Source: Chloroflexota bacterium (lineage in GTDB: Bacteria > Chloroflexota > Anaerolineae > Anaerolineales > JBFLVL01). From it: a stretch of DNA of 64,000 nucleotides. Location: contig JBFLVL010000009.1 in the NCBI GenBank assembly GCA_040758495.1, positions 27,516 to 91,515 of the forward strand, given 5' to 3'. The translations under genes were made by a program, and so were the position numbers. Shown here piece by piece: positions 48,493 through 56,283 of the stretch. The notes under the pieces were generated by a model, which was given only the letters and a program-made list of their open reading frames with translations, was not told where the DNA came from and made no database searches. The number at the start of each line of letters is the position of its first letter. Within the stretch, counting starts at the first letter, position 1.

Positions 48493-49466
48493 TTGAGAAG
48501 TCAATGCAAGATTATTTAAAAGAGAATCCCCGGCTGAAATACACCTTTTTCGGTGGTAAGGGTGGTGTTGGAAAGACGGTTCTGGCAGGTGCGATGGCCT
48601 TGGGATATGCCAGGCAGGGTAAGAGCACCATCCTGGCCTCCACAAACCCTGTTCACAGTCTCACCAGCCTGCTCGATCAAGATGTCTTCGGAAAACCAAC
48701 GCTTGTCTCTGGTGTACCCAATCTGACAGCTTATGAGATCGACACGCGTGATACCATCGAACGGTCGAAGCTGGAAATCCGCGAGAAGATCAGCTGGTTC
48801 CTCAAATTCGCCGACATCAAAACCAAGGCTGATGAATTCGTCGAATCGGCTACAATGAATCCTGCATTCGAAGAGTCGGCCATGTTCGAAAACATGATAG
48901 ACCTGATGTTCAAAGACGAGTATGAAGTCTATGTCTTCGATACGGCTCCGACCGCCAATGCACGTCGCTTGCTAGGCATGTCATCGGTCTATTCGATGTG
49001 GGTCAACAAGATGGTCAAAAGCCGCGAAGAGGCAAGGTCGTTGCGCGAACTGCTATCGTATAGCAAAAAGAAAGAGGAAAAGGATCCTCTTATGGAATAT
49101 CTCCTCAACCTCCAAGATCGGATGGGACGCGCTAAAAACCTGCTTACCAATCCCGCGTTGACTGCCTTCTTCTTCGTCACCCTTCCCGAAGCGCTGCCGA
49201 TTGCCGTGATTACCCGTTTCATCAATTGGTTCGAGGAATTCGGCATTCCAGTTGGGGGGGTAGTGGTTAATATGCTTATTGACAAAGACAGCGTTGCTGA
49301 GGACGCGCCCGAGTTTGTGAGAAACCGGGTCAAGATGCAGGCAAACTATATGAACGAGATATGGAAAATATTCAATGGAAGCGTTCGCTCGCTTGTGCCA
49401 TTATACGAAACTGAGGTGCGCGGCGTCGAGATGCTAGAGAGAACCGCCGACTCCCTGTTCGCTTGA
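48489..49466 (+). CDS. ArsA/Get3-family P-loop ATPase, paralog 2
   Basis: The 325-aa ORF has a 4-nt overlap with paralog 1. It has FGGKGGVGKTV, the switch-I position STNPVHSLTS (D replaced by N), and switch II FDTAPTANA, which keeps DTAPT but has lost GH. Confidence 0.85.
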   Translation: MIEKSMQDYLKENPRLKYTFFGGKGGVGKTVLAGAMALGYARQGKSTILASTNPVHSLTSLLDQDVFGKPTLVSGVPNLTAYEIDTRDTIERSKLEIREKISWFLKFADIKTKADEFVESATMNPAFEESAMFENMIDLMFKDEYEVYVFDTAPTANARRLLGMSSVYSMWVNKMVKSREEARSLRELLSYSKKKEEKDPLMEYLLNLQDRMGRAKNLLTNPALTAFFFVTLPEALPIAVITRFINWFEEFGIPVGGVVVNMLIDKDSVAEDAPEFVRNRVKMQANYMNEIWKIFNGSVRSLVPLYETEVRGVEMLERTADSLFA

Positions 49467-49490
49467 GGAGGAGCGGGTGATCTATGAGAA

Positions 49491-49524
49491 ATGCCCTGGA
49501 CCTCGACCAGGCCAGGGCGTTTTC
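49491..49524 (+). terminator. Possible attenuator hairpin between ArsA paralog 2 and the TPR gene
   Basis: The hairpin GCCCTGG-(12 nt)-CCAGGGC is followed by GTTTTC. The stem is only 7 bp and the T-tract is short. Confidence 0.3.
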
Positions 49525-49544
49525 ATTGACAAAAAGGTTTACTT

Positions 49545-50162
49545 ATGAACCCATACTTGATGATCCTGCTAATCGGGTTGTTCTATATTGTCCTTTTCGG
49601 AGGATTATCCTTGCTTCGCCGCGAGGGCCTGTCGCTCCAATTTGCCTTCGAGGTGTTGGGCGTTACCGCACTGGTCGAGGCCTTCGCCATCCTGACAGGA
49701 ATACCGATCAACCCGCTCATTTTCATAATAATCATCTACCTGATCTCGATGCGGGTTCGTCTGATTGTCGATCTGGCTAATGTGCTTTCAAACCGCGGGC
49801 GTCAGCGAGATGCAATAAACCTGTTGCAATTTGCCTTGCGCCTGTACCCCGACCACAGCGCCCGCCTGGTTGTCTACGTCAATATGGGCATCGTTCAATT
49901 ACGCAGGCAGAATCCCGAAAGCGCCAGAGACCTCTTCGATCAAGCTCTAGAAGAATCCCAACAGGGGGGCCTGGGGATCAAGTACGAAGCGGCCTGTCGC
50001 TACAACCTGGCTCTGGCACTGCAACACCTGGGCAAAGAGGCAGAAGCTGTGCGCCAATTCAACGAAACGATCGTCATTTTCCCCAATTCGATCTACGGCA
50101 GAGCAGCCGAGCGCGCCCTGGAAAAGCACCGCCATCGGCACCGCGGGGAGAGTCAGGAATGA
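49545..50162 (+). CDS. Membrane protein with 3 N-terminal TM helices and a cytoplasmic TPR domain
   Basis: The 205-aa ORF has a hydrophobic N-terminus (MILLIGLFYIVLFGG..., ...LIFIIIIYLISM). TPR-like repeats follow (...AINLLQFALRLYPDH..., ...ARDLFDQALEE..., ...ACRYNLALALQHLGKEAEAVRQFNETIVIFP). Confidence 0.75.
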   Translation: MNPYLMILLIGLFYIVLFGGLSLLRREGLSLQFAFEVLGVTALVEAFAILTGIPINPLIFIIIIYLISMRVRLIVDLANVLSNRGRQRDAINLLQFALRLYPDHSARLVVYVNMGIVQLRRQNPESARDLFDQALEESQQGGLGIKYEAACRYNLALALQHLGKEAEAVRQFNETIVIFPNSIYGRAAERALEKHRHRHRGESQE

Positions 50163-50228
50163 AACCGATCTAAAAATAGACACCAGGGGGGCATCCATCC
50201 GGCATCTCTTTTTAGGGTTCATCTATCC

Positions 50229-50900
50229 CTACGCTTTGACTAAACTTATACTTTGCAACCAGGCCTGTAAGGATGAAAAGAATTCTTCCGAAGGACTACT
50301 CATCAAAGGGGAGATGAATACTCGCACAGCCAGATGAGGCGCCTTACGCCCCAAGGAAATCCTTTGCACCGTCGCCCCTTCTCGCGCCATAAATGCCTCT
50401 AGTTTCTCCAGGCTTTCAGGATTGGCCTTGCCTCGATAAGCAATCTGAAATTGCTCCAGGCCAGATACAAGCTGGAAGGGACGCTTAGGATCATGCGCTA
50501 ATAATTTCGCGAAAGATCGATCGCGTTTCCGGGCTACCTCCAATTCCAGAGGCGGTGAATTTCGCAACCAGGCTTTTAAAATCATCTCGTCACGCTTGTT
50601 TCTCAACAGATTGAACAACCACAATGGCAACAACTCGCGCGACTCCAACAGAAAAACCACCTCAATCTTTTGAAAAGGGGCTGTTGCTCTTTTTACTGCA
50701 ATCTGAGCGCCAGATCCCGATGAGCCAATCCAGCTCACTTCTGATAGCTTGCCAATTTTTTCTAACCCATCACGTATCCACCGGTAAATCAGGATGCCCC
50801 GTTTGCGGTTCAGGTAGGCAGCCACCACATACCAGGCTAGCAGGAAAATACACAATCCGATGACAATCCACTGTCCTAAATCCCATTCTCCGAAATTCAT
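50229..50900 (-). CDS. Hypothetical protein with a single N-terminal TM helix
   Basis: The 223-aa ORF is convergent with the TPR gene. I recognised no motif. Confidence 0.6.
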   Translation of the reverse strand: MNFGEWDLGQWIVIGLCIFLLAWYVVAAYLNRKRGILIYRWIRDGLEKIGKLSEVSWIGSSGSGAQIAVKRATAPFQKIEVVFLLESRELLPLWLFNLLRNKRDEMILKAWLRNSPPLELEVARKRDRSFAKLLAHDPKRPFQLVSGLEQFQIAYRGKANPESLEKLEAFMAREGATVQRISLGRKAPHLAVRVFISPLMSSPSEEFFSSLQAWLQSISLVKA

Positions 50901-51033
50901 AGCAGCCTACTTATATCAATGATGGATCTCAAAAATTATGCATAGTTTAGCCCAGGGAGGCGGGTGTGTCAAAGCCTCTCGCAATCCTGGATCGCTTACA
51001 CAATACGAAAGGAAAAAAATGGAACTCCAATAA

Positions 51034-51180
51034 AACGATAAAGTCGCCGTAGTAGTGACTGCCGCATCGAAAGTCGTGGGAAAGGCTGCGGCACTGGCCT
51101 TCGCTCGTGAGGGAGCGGCAGTGGCGATGAGCACCCGCAGCGAAACCCTCAACCTCGCCGCTATGAATCGCGAAACCCCT
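51034..51180 (+). pseudogene. Relic of a short-chain dehydrogenase/reductase N-terminus (no start codon, degenerate Gly motif)
   Basis: The frame opens directly after a TAA. It reads NDKVAVVVTAASKVVGKAAALAFAREGAAVAMSTRSETL, compared with the SDR pattern K.A.VTGAS.GIG.A.A..FA.EGA.V. Both glycines of TGxxxGxG are lost. The frame runs into the 3' end of the opposite-strand gene. Confidence 0.3.
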
Positions 51181-51598
51181 AATCAAATCTCTTCACCATG
51201 GTTAATTCATTTCCCTTATCTGTAAACTCATAAGAAACCTCATCCATTATCTGGCGCATTAAAAACAAACCTACACCCCTTGGGGAAACTTCATGGAGGG
51301 ATTTCTTTATTTCCGGTTCTGGGACAAGTGTGGGATCAAACCTGTTCCCCTGATCTCTCAACCGAACCGTCAACCCCTCCTCGGTTATTTGACAGGTACA
51401 CTCAATGTCCCCCAACCCCTCTCCACCATAGGCATGGTCAATAATGTTCGTAAAGGCTTCATCTACCGCCAGGATAACCCTATAAATTACCTTGTCAACA
51501 AATCCTGCTTGTTTAGCCAACTCAGCCACAAAATCACGAACCTGGGAGAGATTCTCATATCGGGCAGGATATATCATGGTGGGCATTATCAAAGTCAA
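51179..51598 (-). CDS. Anti-sigma regulatory factor Ser/Thr kinase (RsbW/SpoIIAB-like, HATPase_c_2)
   Basis: The 139-aa ORF carries ...ILAVDEAFTNIIDHAYGG... and ...RGVGLFLMRQIMDEVSY.... Confidence 0.8.
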   Translation of the reverse strand: MTLIMPTMIYPARYENLSQVRDFVAELAKQAGFVDKVIYRVILAVDEAFTNIIDHAYGGEGLGDIECTCQITEEGLTVRLRDQGNRFDPTLVPEPEIKKSLHEVSPRGVGLFLMRQIMDEVSYEFTDKGNELTMVKRFD

Positions 51599-51604
51599 AA
51601 CCGG

Positions 51605-51940
51605 TTAGAAACTGCCAACTGCGTCTGTTACACTATCGTACATTTTGAAATACTTTTGTAGCCCCACTAATCTCAATGAGTCACGGATTTCATCGCTGAT
51701 ACCCACCAACACCAATTCCCCCCGGTTGTAGCGTTTACACAGCTTCTGGGTTTCAATTAAAACCCACCATCCCCTACTGGATATGAAGTCAACATCGCTT
51801 AAATCAAAAACCAGTCGGTAGCGACCTTCCTCAGCTTTCTGTTGAAATGCCTGCTCTAAATAGGGTGAGTTAAAACTATCAATCCTCCCTGAGGTCCTGA
51901 TTACTGAGCAACGCTTATAATCAGTGGTAACAACATCCAT
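51605..51940 (-). CDS. STAS-domain anti-sigma-factor antagonist
   Basis: The ORF carries ...RTSGRIDSFNSPYLEQ...LVFDLSDVDFISSRGWWVL...LVLVGISDEIRDSLRLVGL.... I prefer ATG 51940 because of a GGAG SD 9 nt upstream. ATG 51955 is possible. The track start at 52072 is rejected. Confidence 0.78.
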   Translation of the reverse strand: MDVVTTDYKRCSVIRTSGRIDSFNSPYLEQAFQQKAEEGRYRLVFDLSDVDFISSRGWWVLIETQKLCKRYNRGELVLVGISDEIRDSLRLVGLQKYFKMYDSVTDAVGSF

Positions 51941-52090
51941 GGTGTTACGCTCCATTTTTTTCAAGATGTTAGCTAATTTTGGGAACACTTTTCTCAGCTT
52001 TTGATACTGAAAGTATAACACAGCATATGTTCCTTGGTGCGGAGCAGGATAGTGGTTGGGTAACAGAACCACCTTACTTTATAATATACG

Positions 52091-52119
52091 TTGACAACCC
52101 ATAGTGCCTGCATTAGACT
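52091..52119 (+). promoter_or_regulatory. Candidate promoter for the dgt-like gene (TTGACA-17 nt-TAGACT)
   Basis: A perfect -35 lies at 52091-52096 and a 4/6 -10 at 52114-52119. The track's GTG start at 52104 lies inside this spacer, which supports ATG 52161 as the true start. Confidence 0.4.
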
Positions 52120-52160
52120 CCCAAGCACCTAATAGCAAGTCTATCAGAAAGGTCAGCAAC

Positions 52161-53312
52161 ATGTATTTCGATCGCCAACAACTGGAAGATATCGAAGACC
52201 GCTATCTTGCACCTTATGGTTGCCGGAGCAAATTCTCTCAAGGGCGAGAATTTTCTGAAGAAGAACCTACATACCGTACTGCATTCCAGCGTGACCGCGA
52301 TCGCATCTTACATACTACAGCTTTCCGACGTCTTGAATACAAAACACAGGTCTTTATCAACTACGAAGGTGATTACTACCGAACCCGGCTAACCCATACT
52401 CTAGAAGTTGCCCAGATCGCTCGTACAATTGCCCGAACCCTGGGGGTCAACGAAGATCTGGTGGAAGCGATATCTCTGGCCCACGACCTTGGACATCCCC
52501 CCTTCGGTCATTCAGGCGAAGTGGCATTAAACAGAATGATGAAAGACTTTGGCGGATTCGACCATAACAAACAATCCCTGCGTATCGTTACTGAATTAGA
52601 AAAACGTTTTAACCACTTCCCTGGCCTTAACCTGACCTGGGAGTTGCGGGAGGGCATTGTCAAACACGAAACAGAATACGACGTGTCAGACGCCAAAGAT
52701 TACAACCCCGATCTGCGCGGAAATACTGAAACACAAATAGCCAACCTTGCCGATGAGCTGGCTTACACCGCCCACGATTTAGATGATGGCCTGCGATCCA
52801 ATATGCTCACCCCCAATATGCTCGCAGGACGGGAAACTTGGGAAATATTGTGTCAAACTGTTGGATGGCAAGGGGAGGTCCTTGATGAACTTACCCGACA
52901 TAAAATCATCCGCCAATTAATAGGTATGGAGGTCACAGACATCGTCACCACTTCTGCCCAAAAACTGAAAGTAAGTAGGGTTCGATCAGTTGAGGCTGTG
53001 CAACAACTACCTTATAATGTAATCAGCTTCAGCGAAGATACAATTCGTCGTAACCGAGAATTAAAAGACCTCCTTTATTCAAAGCTCTATCGCCACCATC
53101 GCATCGTGCGAATGGCTGTCAAAGCCGAGCGGATCATAAAGGATTTGTTCACCTCATACCTTTCCGAACCTGAAACCCTACCCGAACACGTGCAATCGCG
53201 CATAAAAGACACCGGTTTGGAGCGAACGATCTGCGATCATATCGCTGGGATGACAGATCGCTTTGCCATCCAAGAACACGAAAAATTATTCAACGTCACC
53301 CGAAGGACGTAG
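52161..53312 (+). CDS. dgt: dGTP triphosphohydrolase-like HD-domain protein
   Basis: The ORF carries FQRDRDRILHTTAFRRLEYKTQVF, RTRLTHTLEVAQIAR and HDLGHPPFGH. Confidence 0.88.
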   Translation: MYFDRQQLEDIEDRYLAPYGCRSKFSQGREFSEEEPTYRTAFQRDRDRILHTTAFRRLEYKTQVFINYEGDYYRTRLTHTLEVAQIARTIARTLGVNEDLVEAISLAHDLGHPPFGHSGEVALNRMMKDFGGFDHNKQSLRIVTELEKRFNHFPGLNLTWELREGIVKHETEYDVSDAKDYNPDLRGNTETQIANLADELAYTAHDLDDGLRSNMLTPNMLAGRETWEILCQTVGWQGEVLDELTRHKIIRQLIGMEVTDIVTTSAQKLKVSRVRSVEAVQQLPYNVISFSEDTIRRNRELKDLLYSKLYRHHRIVRMAVKAERIIKDLFTSYLSEPETLPEHVQSRIKDTGLERTICDHIAGMTDRFAIQEHEKLFNVTRRT

Positions 53313-53380
53313 GTCCACACCTTTAACGCAAGTGCGATTACCAGTTTATCTAACAGCAATATTCCACATTGGAGTACTCC

Positions 53381-53851
53381 ATGAATACCGATGAAATTTA
53401 TCTAACTGCCGATGGCGCTCGACAACTGCGCAAAGAATTACAAGATCTCACCGGTCCAAAACGTAAAGAACTCGCTGACCGACTGCGGGTGGCCATACAA
53501 CAAGGTGATCTCACCGAAAATGCGGATTACATTACCACGAAAGAAGAACAGGGTTTTCTGGAAGGCCGTATCCAGGAAATTGAATACCTCCTGCGTAATG
53601 CGGTCATAGTTGAGCAACCAACCGAAAAACAAGATGAGGTTTCACTGGGAGTGCGTGTTACCATACAAATAGACGACTCGCCAGCCGAAACCTATCAGCT
53701 TGTGGGTATTAAAGAAGCAAACCCCAAAAATGGTTGTATCTCGTACGAATCCCCCATCGGCAAGGCACTTATTGGCAAACGTGAAGGTGACCAGTTTTTA
53801 GTAGAAACCCCCGGGGGTGAAATTAACATCAAAATCCTCGAGATAGATTGA
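53381..53851 (+). CDS. greA: Transcription elongation factor GreA
   Basis: The ORF carries LTADGARQLRKELQDL...RLRVAIQQGDLTENADY and a C-terminal ISYESPIGKALIGKREGD. ATG 53381 is preceded by GGAG. Confidence 0.92.
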   Translation: MNTDEIYLTADGARQLRKELQDLTGPKRKELADRLRVAIQQGDLTENADYITTKEEQGFLEGRIQEIEYLLRNAVIVEQPTEKQDEVSLGVRVTIQIDDSPAETYQLVGIKEANPKNGCISYESPIGKALIGKREGDQFLVETPGGEINIKILEID

Positions 53852-53972
53852 CCTGCAAGTTGTAACCATCTTGTTATCATATCGTACAGGCACCTGCCAT
53901 AACCACCCTGGCAACATGTCAAATCGTCTCACGAAATTAAATATCATAGAAAACCCGAAGTGCAATTCTAAT

Positions 53973-55991
53973 ATGCCCGTGAAAAGGCCGTCGCATTATT
54001 TAATAATAACTGGCTTGATACTCGCCCTGTTCTTATCGGCGTGTTCATCTGCGGGAACAGCTGCCCTCCCGACCGAAGACCACATTGAGACAGTAACTAC
54101 CAGCCTTGTAGAAAATGAGGAAGAAGAGCGAATCATCGGAATCATCACTGCGGTGATCGGACTTTTACTCATGGCCTCCCTGGTTGGCATCGTCACCAAC
54201 CAGTTACGTTTGCCGTACACGGTAGGATTGGTGCTCATTGGGCTTGCCCTGTCACTGCGGGGTCAGGAAAGAATATACATTCCACCTGAAATATTTCTGG
54301 GCTTACTTGTACCACCCCTGATATTCGAGGCTGCCTTCCATATCAAAATAAGAGACCTGCAAAGGGACCTAATGCCCATACTTACCCTGGCTATCCCCGG
54401 TGTGTTGATCACCACATTACTTGTAGGCGGTGTCGTAGCCTGGGGCACAGGCTTCCCACTGGCAGTAGCTCTCGTCTTCGGAGCCTTGGTGGCAGCCACC
54501 GACCCAGTAGCTGTAGTGGCACTCTTCCGAACATTGGGAGTTCCTAAACGACTACAGGTACTTCTGGAGGGCGAGAGCCTCTTCAATGATGGTACAGCCA
54601 TTGTTGTCTTCAACTTGATGACGGTTATAGCGGTGAGCGGGGTTTTCGAACCTCTGAGGAGTATGATGGATTTCGTCATTGTTTCCGGGGGAGGTTTAGC
54701 TGTCGGTTTCGTGTTGGGTATATTCATCTCCCAGGCCATCAGCCTCTTCCACAATCCCATGATCGAAACCACATTGACCACCGTCCTTGCGTTCGGAGCT
54801 TATATCGTCGCCGAGCAACTGCATGTCAGCGGCGTATTAGCTGTTGTAGCTGCCGGCCTGGTCAGCGGGAACATTGGCCCACGCGGCATGTCACCATCTA
54901 CACGTATTTTAGTATTCAACTTTTGGGAATACGCTGCTTTTTTAGCCAACTCGATTGTCTTTTTGTTGATTGGTTTTCAAATCAACTTGCAGGTGTTGTT
55001 GGTCAACTGGCAGGTCACAACCTGGGCGATACTGGCAGTGTTAGTCGCTCGCGCCGTAAGTGTATACGGGCTCTCAGGGGTTGGTCCAGGGGTGCCAAAG
55101 CGCTATAAACACGTTCTATATTGGGGAGGATTACGTGGTGCTATTTCGCTGGCACTGGCTCTCAGCATCCCCACCTCTTTGGGTGCCCCCAGAGACGAAA
55201 TTCAAACCATGGCCTTTGGTGTGGTGCTTTTTACCCTCCTGGTGCAAGGTCTGACGATGAAACCTTTGATCACCAAAATGGGCCTCATTCAACGCACCAG
55301 AGCCCAGGAGGAGTACCAACGCCGTCACGCCCGTGCCATAATGGCCCGGGCTGCGTATGACCGCCTGGAGTACATGTATAAGGAGGGGTTGCTCTCCAAC
55401 CACGTCTGGGGGTTGTTATCCGAACCCATCCGGTTACACGCTGAAGGCTTGGCAAGCGCGGTGACTGAAGTCCTGCAAGCTGATCCAGGTTTAGAAGCTG
55501 AAGAAGTGGACTCGGCGTTGCGAGATCTGCTGCAAACCCAACGCAGTTCACTGACTACCATGCTCAGGGACGGGTTGATCTCCGAAGACACATTCTCACA
55601 GCTCGTCATGGAGGTAGACACAGCGTTAACCGAACAACGTTCAAACTTGATCGAACTCCTGGTGTACAGAACCAGCCGAGCTATCCATGGGCTGATGGCC
55701 ATTGTTTTACAGGAAGCAGATGTAGAGAACGTGGTCGCGGCACTGAGCCGCCAGGGTCTACCCACAACCAGACTATCCAGCATCGGTGGCTTCCTGCACC
55801 AGAAAAACACCACTCTGTTAGTGGGAGTACCGGAAGGACAAGAGGATGCCATCCTTAAAACCGTCACCAAAACCAGCCGCCAGCGGGTTGAATCGTTCCG
55901 CGTCTCCGCGGATGGCATCGACACTTCTCCTCCTGTCACTGTGGGTTCAACGATCTTCGTCTTTGACGTCGAGCGATATGAGGAACTCTGA
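53973..55991 (+). CDS. CPA1 (NhaP-type) Na+(K+)/H+ antiporter with a long cytoplasmic tail ending in a PII-like cyclic-di-AMP-receptor (DarA/PstA-like) domain
   Basis: The core has ~12 TM segments with ...FGALVAATDPVAV... and ...LEGESLFNDGTAIV.... The C-terminal ~105 aa are LMAIVLQEADVENVVAALSRQGLPTTRLSSIGGFLHQKNTTLLVGVPEG...GSTIFVFDVERYEEL. The start was placed at ATG 53973 (MPVKRPSHYLIITGLILALFLSAC). Confidence 0.85.
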   Translation: MPVKRPSHYLIITGLILALFLSACSSAGTAALPTEDHIETVTTSLVENEEEERIIGIITAVIGLLLMASLVGIVTNQLRLPYTVGLVLIGLALSLRGQERIYIPPEIFLGLLVPPLIFEAAFHIKIRDLQRDLMPILTLAIPGVLITTLLVGGVVAWGTGFPLAVALVFGALVAATDPVAVVALFRTLGVPKRLQVLLEGESLFNDGTAIVVFNLMTVIAVSGVFEPLRSMMDFVIVSGGGLAVGFVLGIFISQAISLFHNPMIETTLTTVLAFGAYIVAEQLHVSGVLAVVAAGLVSGNIGPRGMSPSTRILVFNFWEYAAFLANSIVFLLIGFQINLQVLLVNWQVTTWAILAVLVARAVSVYGLSGVGPGVPKRYKHVLYWGGLRGAISLALALSIPTSLGAPRDEIQTMAFGVVLFTLLVQGLTMKPLITKMGLIQRTRAQEEYQRRHARAIMARAAYDRLEYMYKEGLLSNHVWGLLSEPIRLHAEGLASAVTEVLQADPGLEAEEVDSALRDLLQTQRSSLTTMLRDGLISEDTFSQLVMEVDTALTEQRSNLIELLVYRTSRAIHGLMAIVLQEADVENVVAALSRQGLPTTRLSSIGGFLHQKNTTLLVGVPEGQEDAILKTVTKTSRQRVESFRVSADGIDTSPPVTVGSTIFVFDVERYEEL

Positions 55992-55993
55992 CC

Positions 55994-56260
55994 ATGAAAA
56001 TGATCGTTGCTATTGTTGACGATACCAAATGTACCGAAATCACTCAGGCCTTGTTAGAGGCAAACTTCCGTATCACTCGCCTGGCCTCCACGGGTAGTCT
56101 GCTGCGGGTGGGCATGACCACTCTCATGGTGGGTACGGAAGACGAACAATTAGACCAAGCTCTGAACGTGATACGGGAAAGATTTCCCCCCTCCTCAGAC
56201 CCCAACAATACACAGGCTACCGTTTATGTCCTCAACGTAACGGGATACAAACGGGTATAG
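55994..56260 (+). CDS. Short stand-alone PII-like DarA/PstA-family protein, copy 1 (degenerate ligand-loop signature)
   Basis: The 88-aa protein begins MKMIVAIVDDTKCTEITQALLEANFRITRLASTGSLLRVGMTTLMVGTED.... It starts 2 nt after the antiporter stop. Confidence 0.8.
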   Translation: MKMIVAIVDDTKCTEITQALLEANFRITRLASTGSLLRVGMTTLMVGTEDEQLDQALNVIRERFPPSSDPNNTQATVYVLNVTGYKRV

Positions 56261-56283
56261 AACATGTATGGGAGATCGAGCCA

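Noticed and set aside
49484-49780. 98-aa ORF overlapping the start of the TPR gene in another frame
   Set aside because: Its translation is Arg/Pro-rich, which is typical of an off-frame read. The 49545 frame gives TM helices plus TPR repeats.
55325-55939. 204-aa ORF antisense to the antiporter tail
   Set aside because: The sense frame encodes the recognisable DarA-like domain. The antisense translation has no features.
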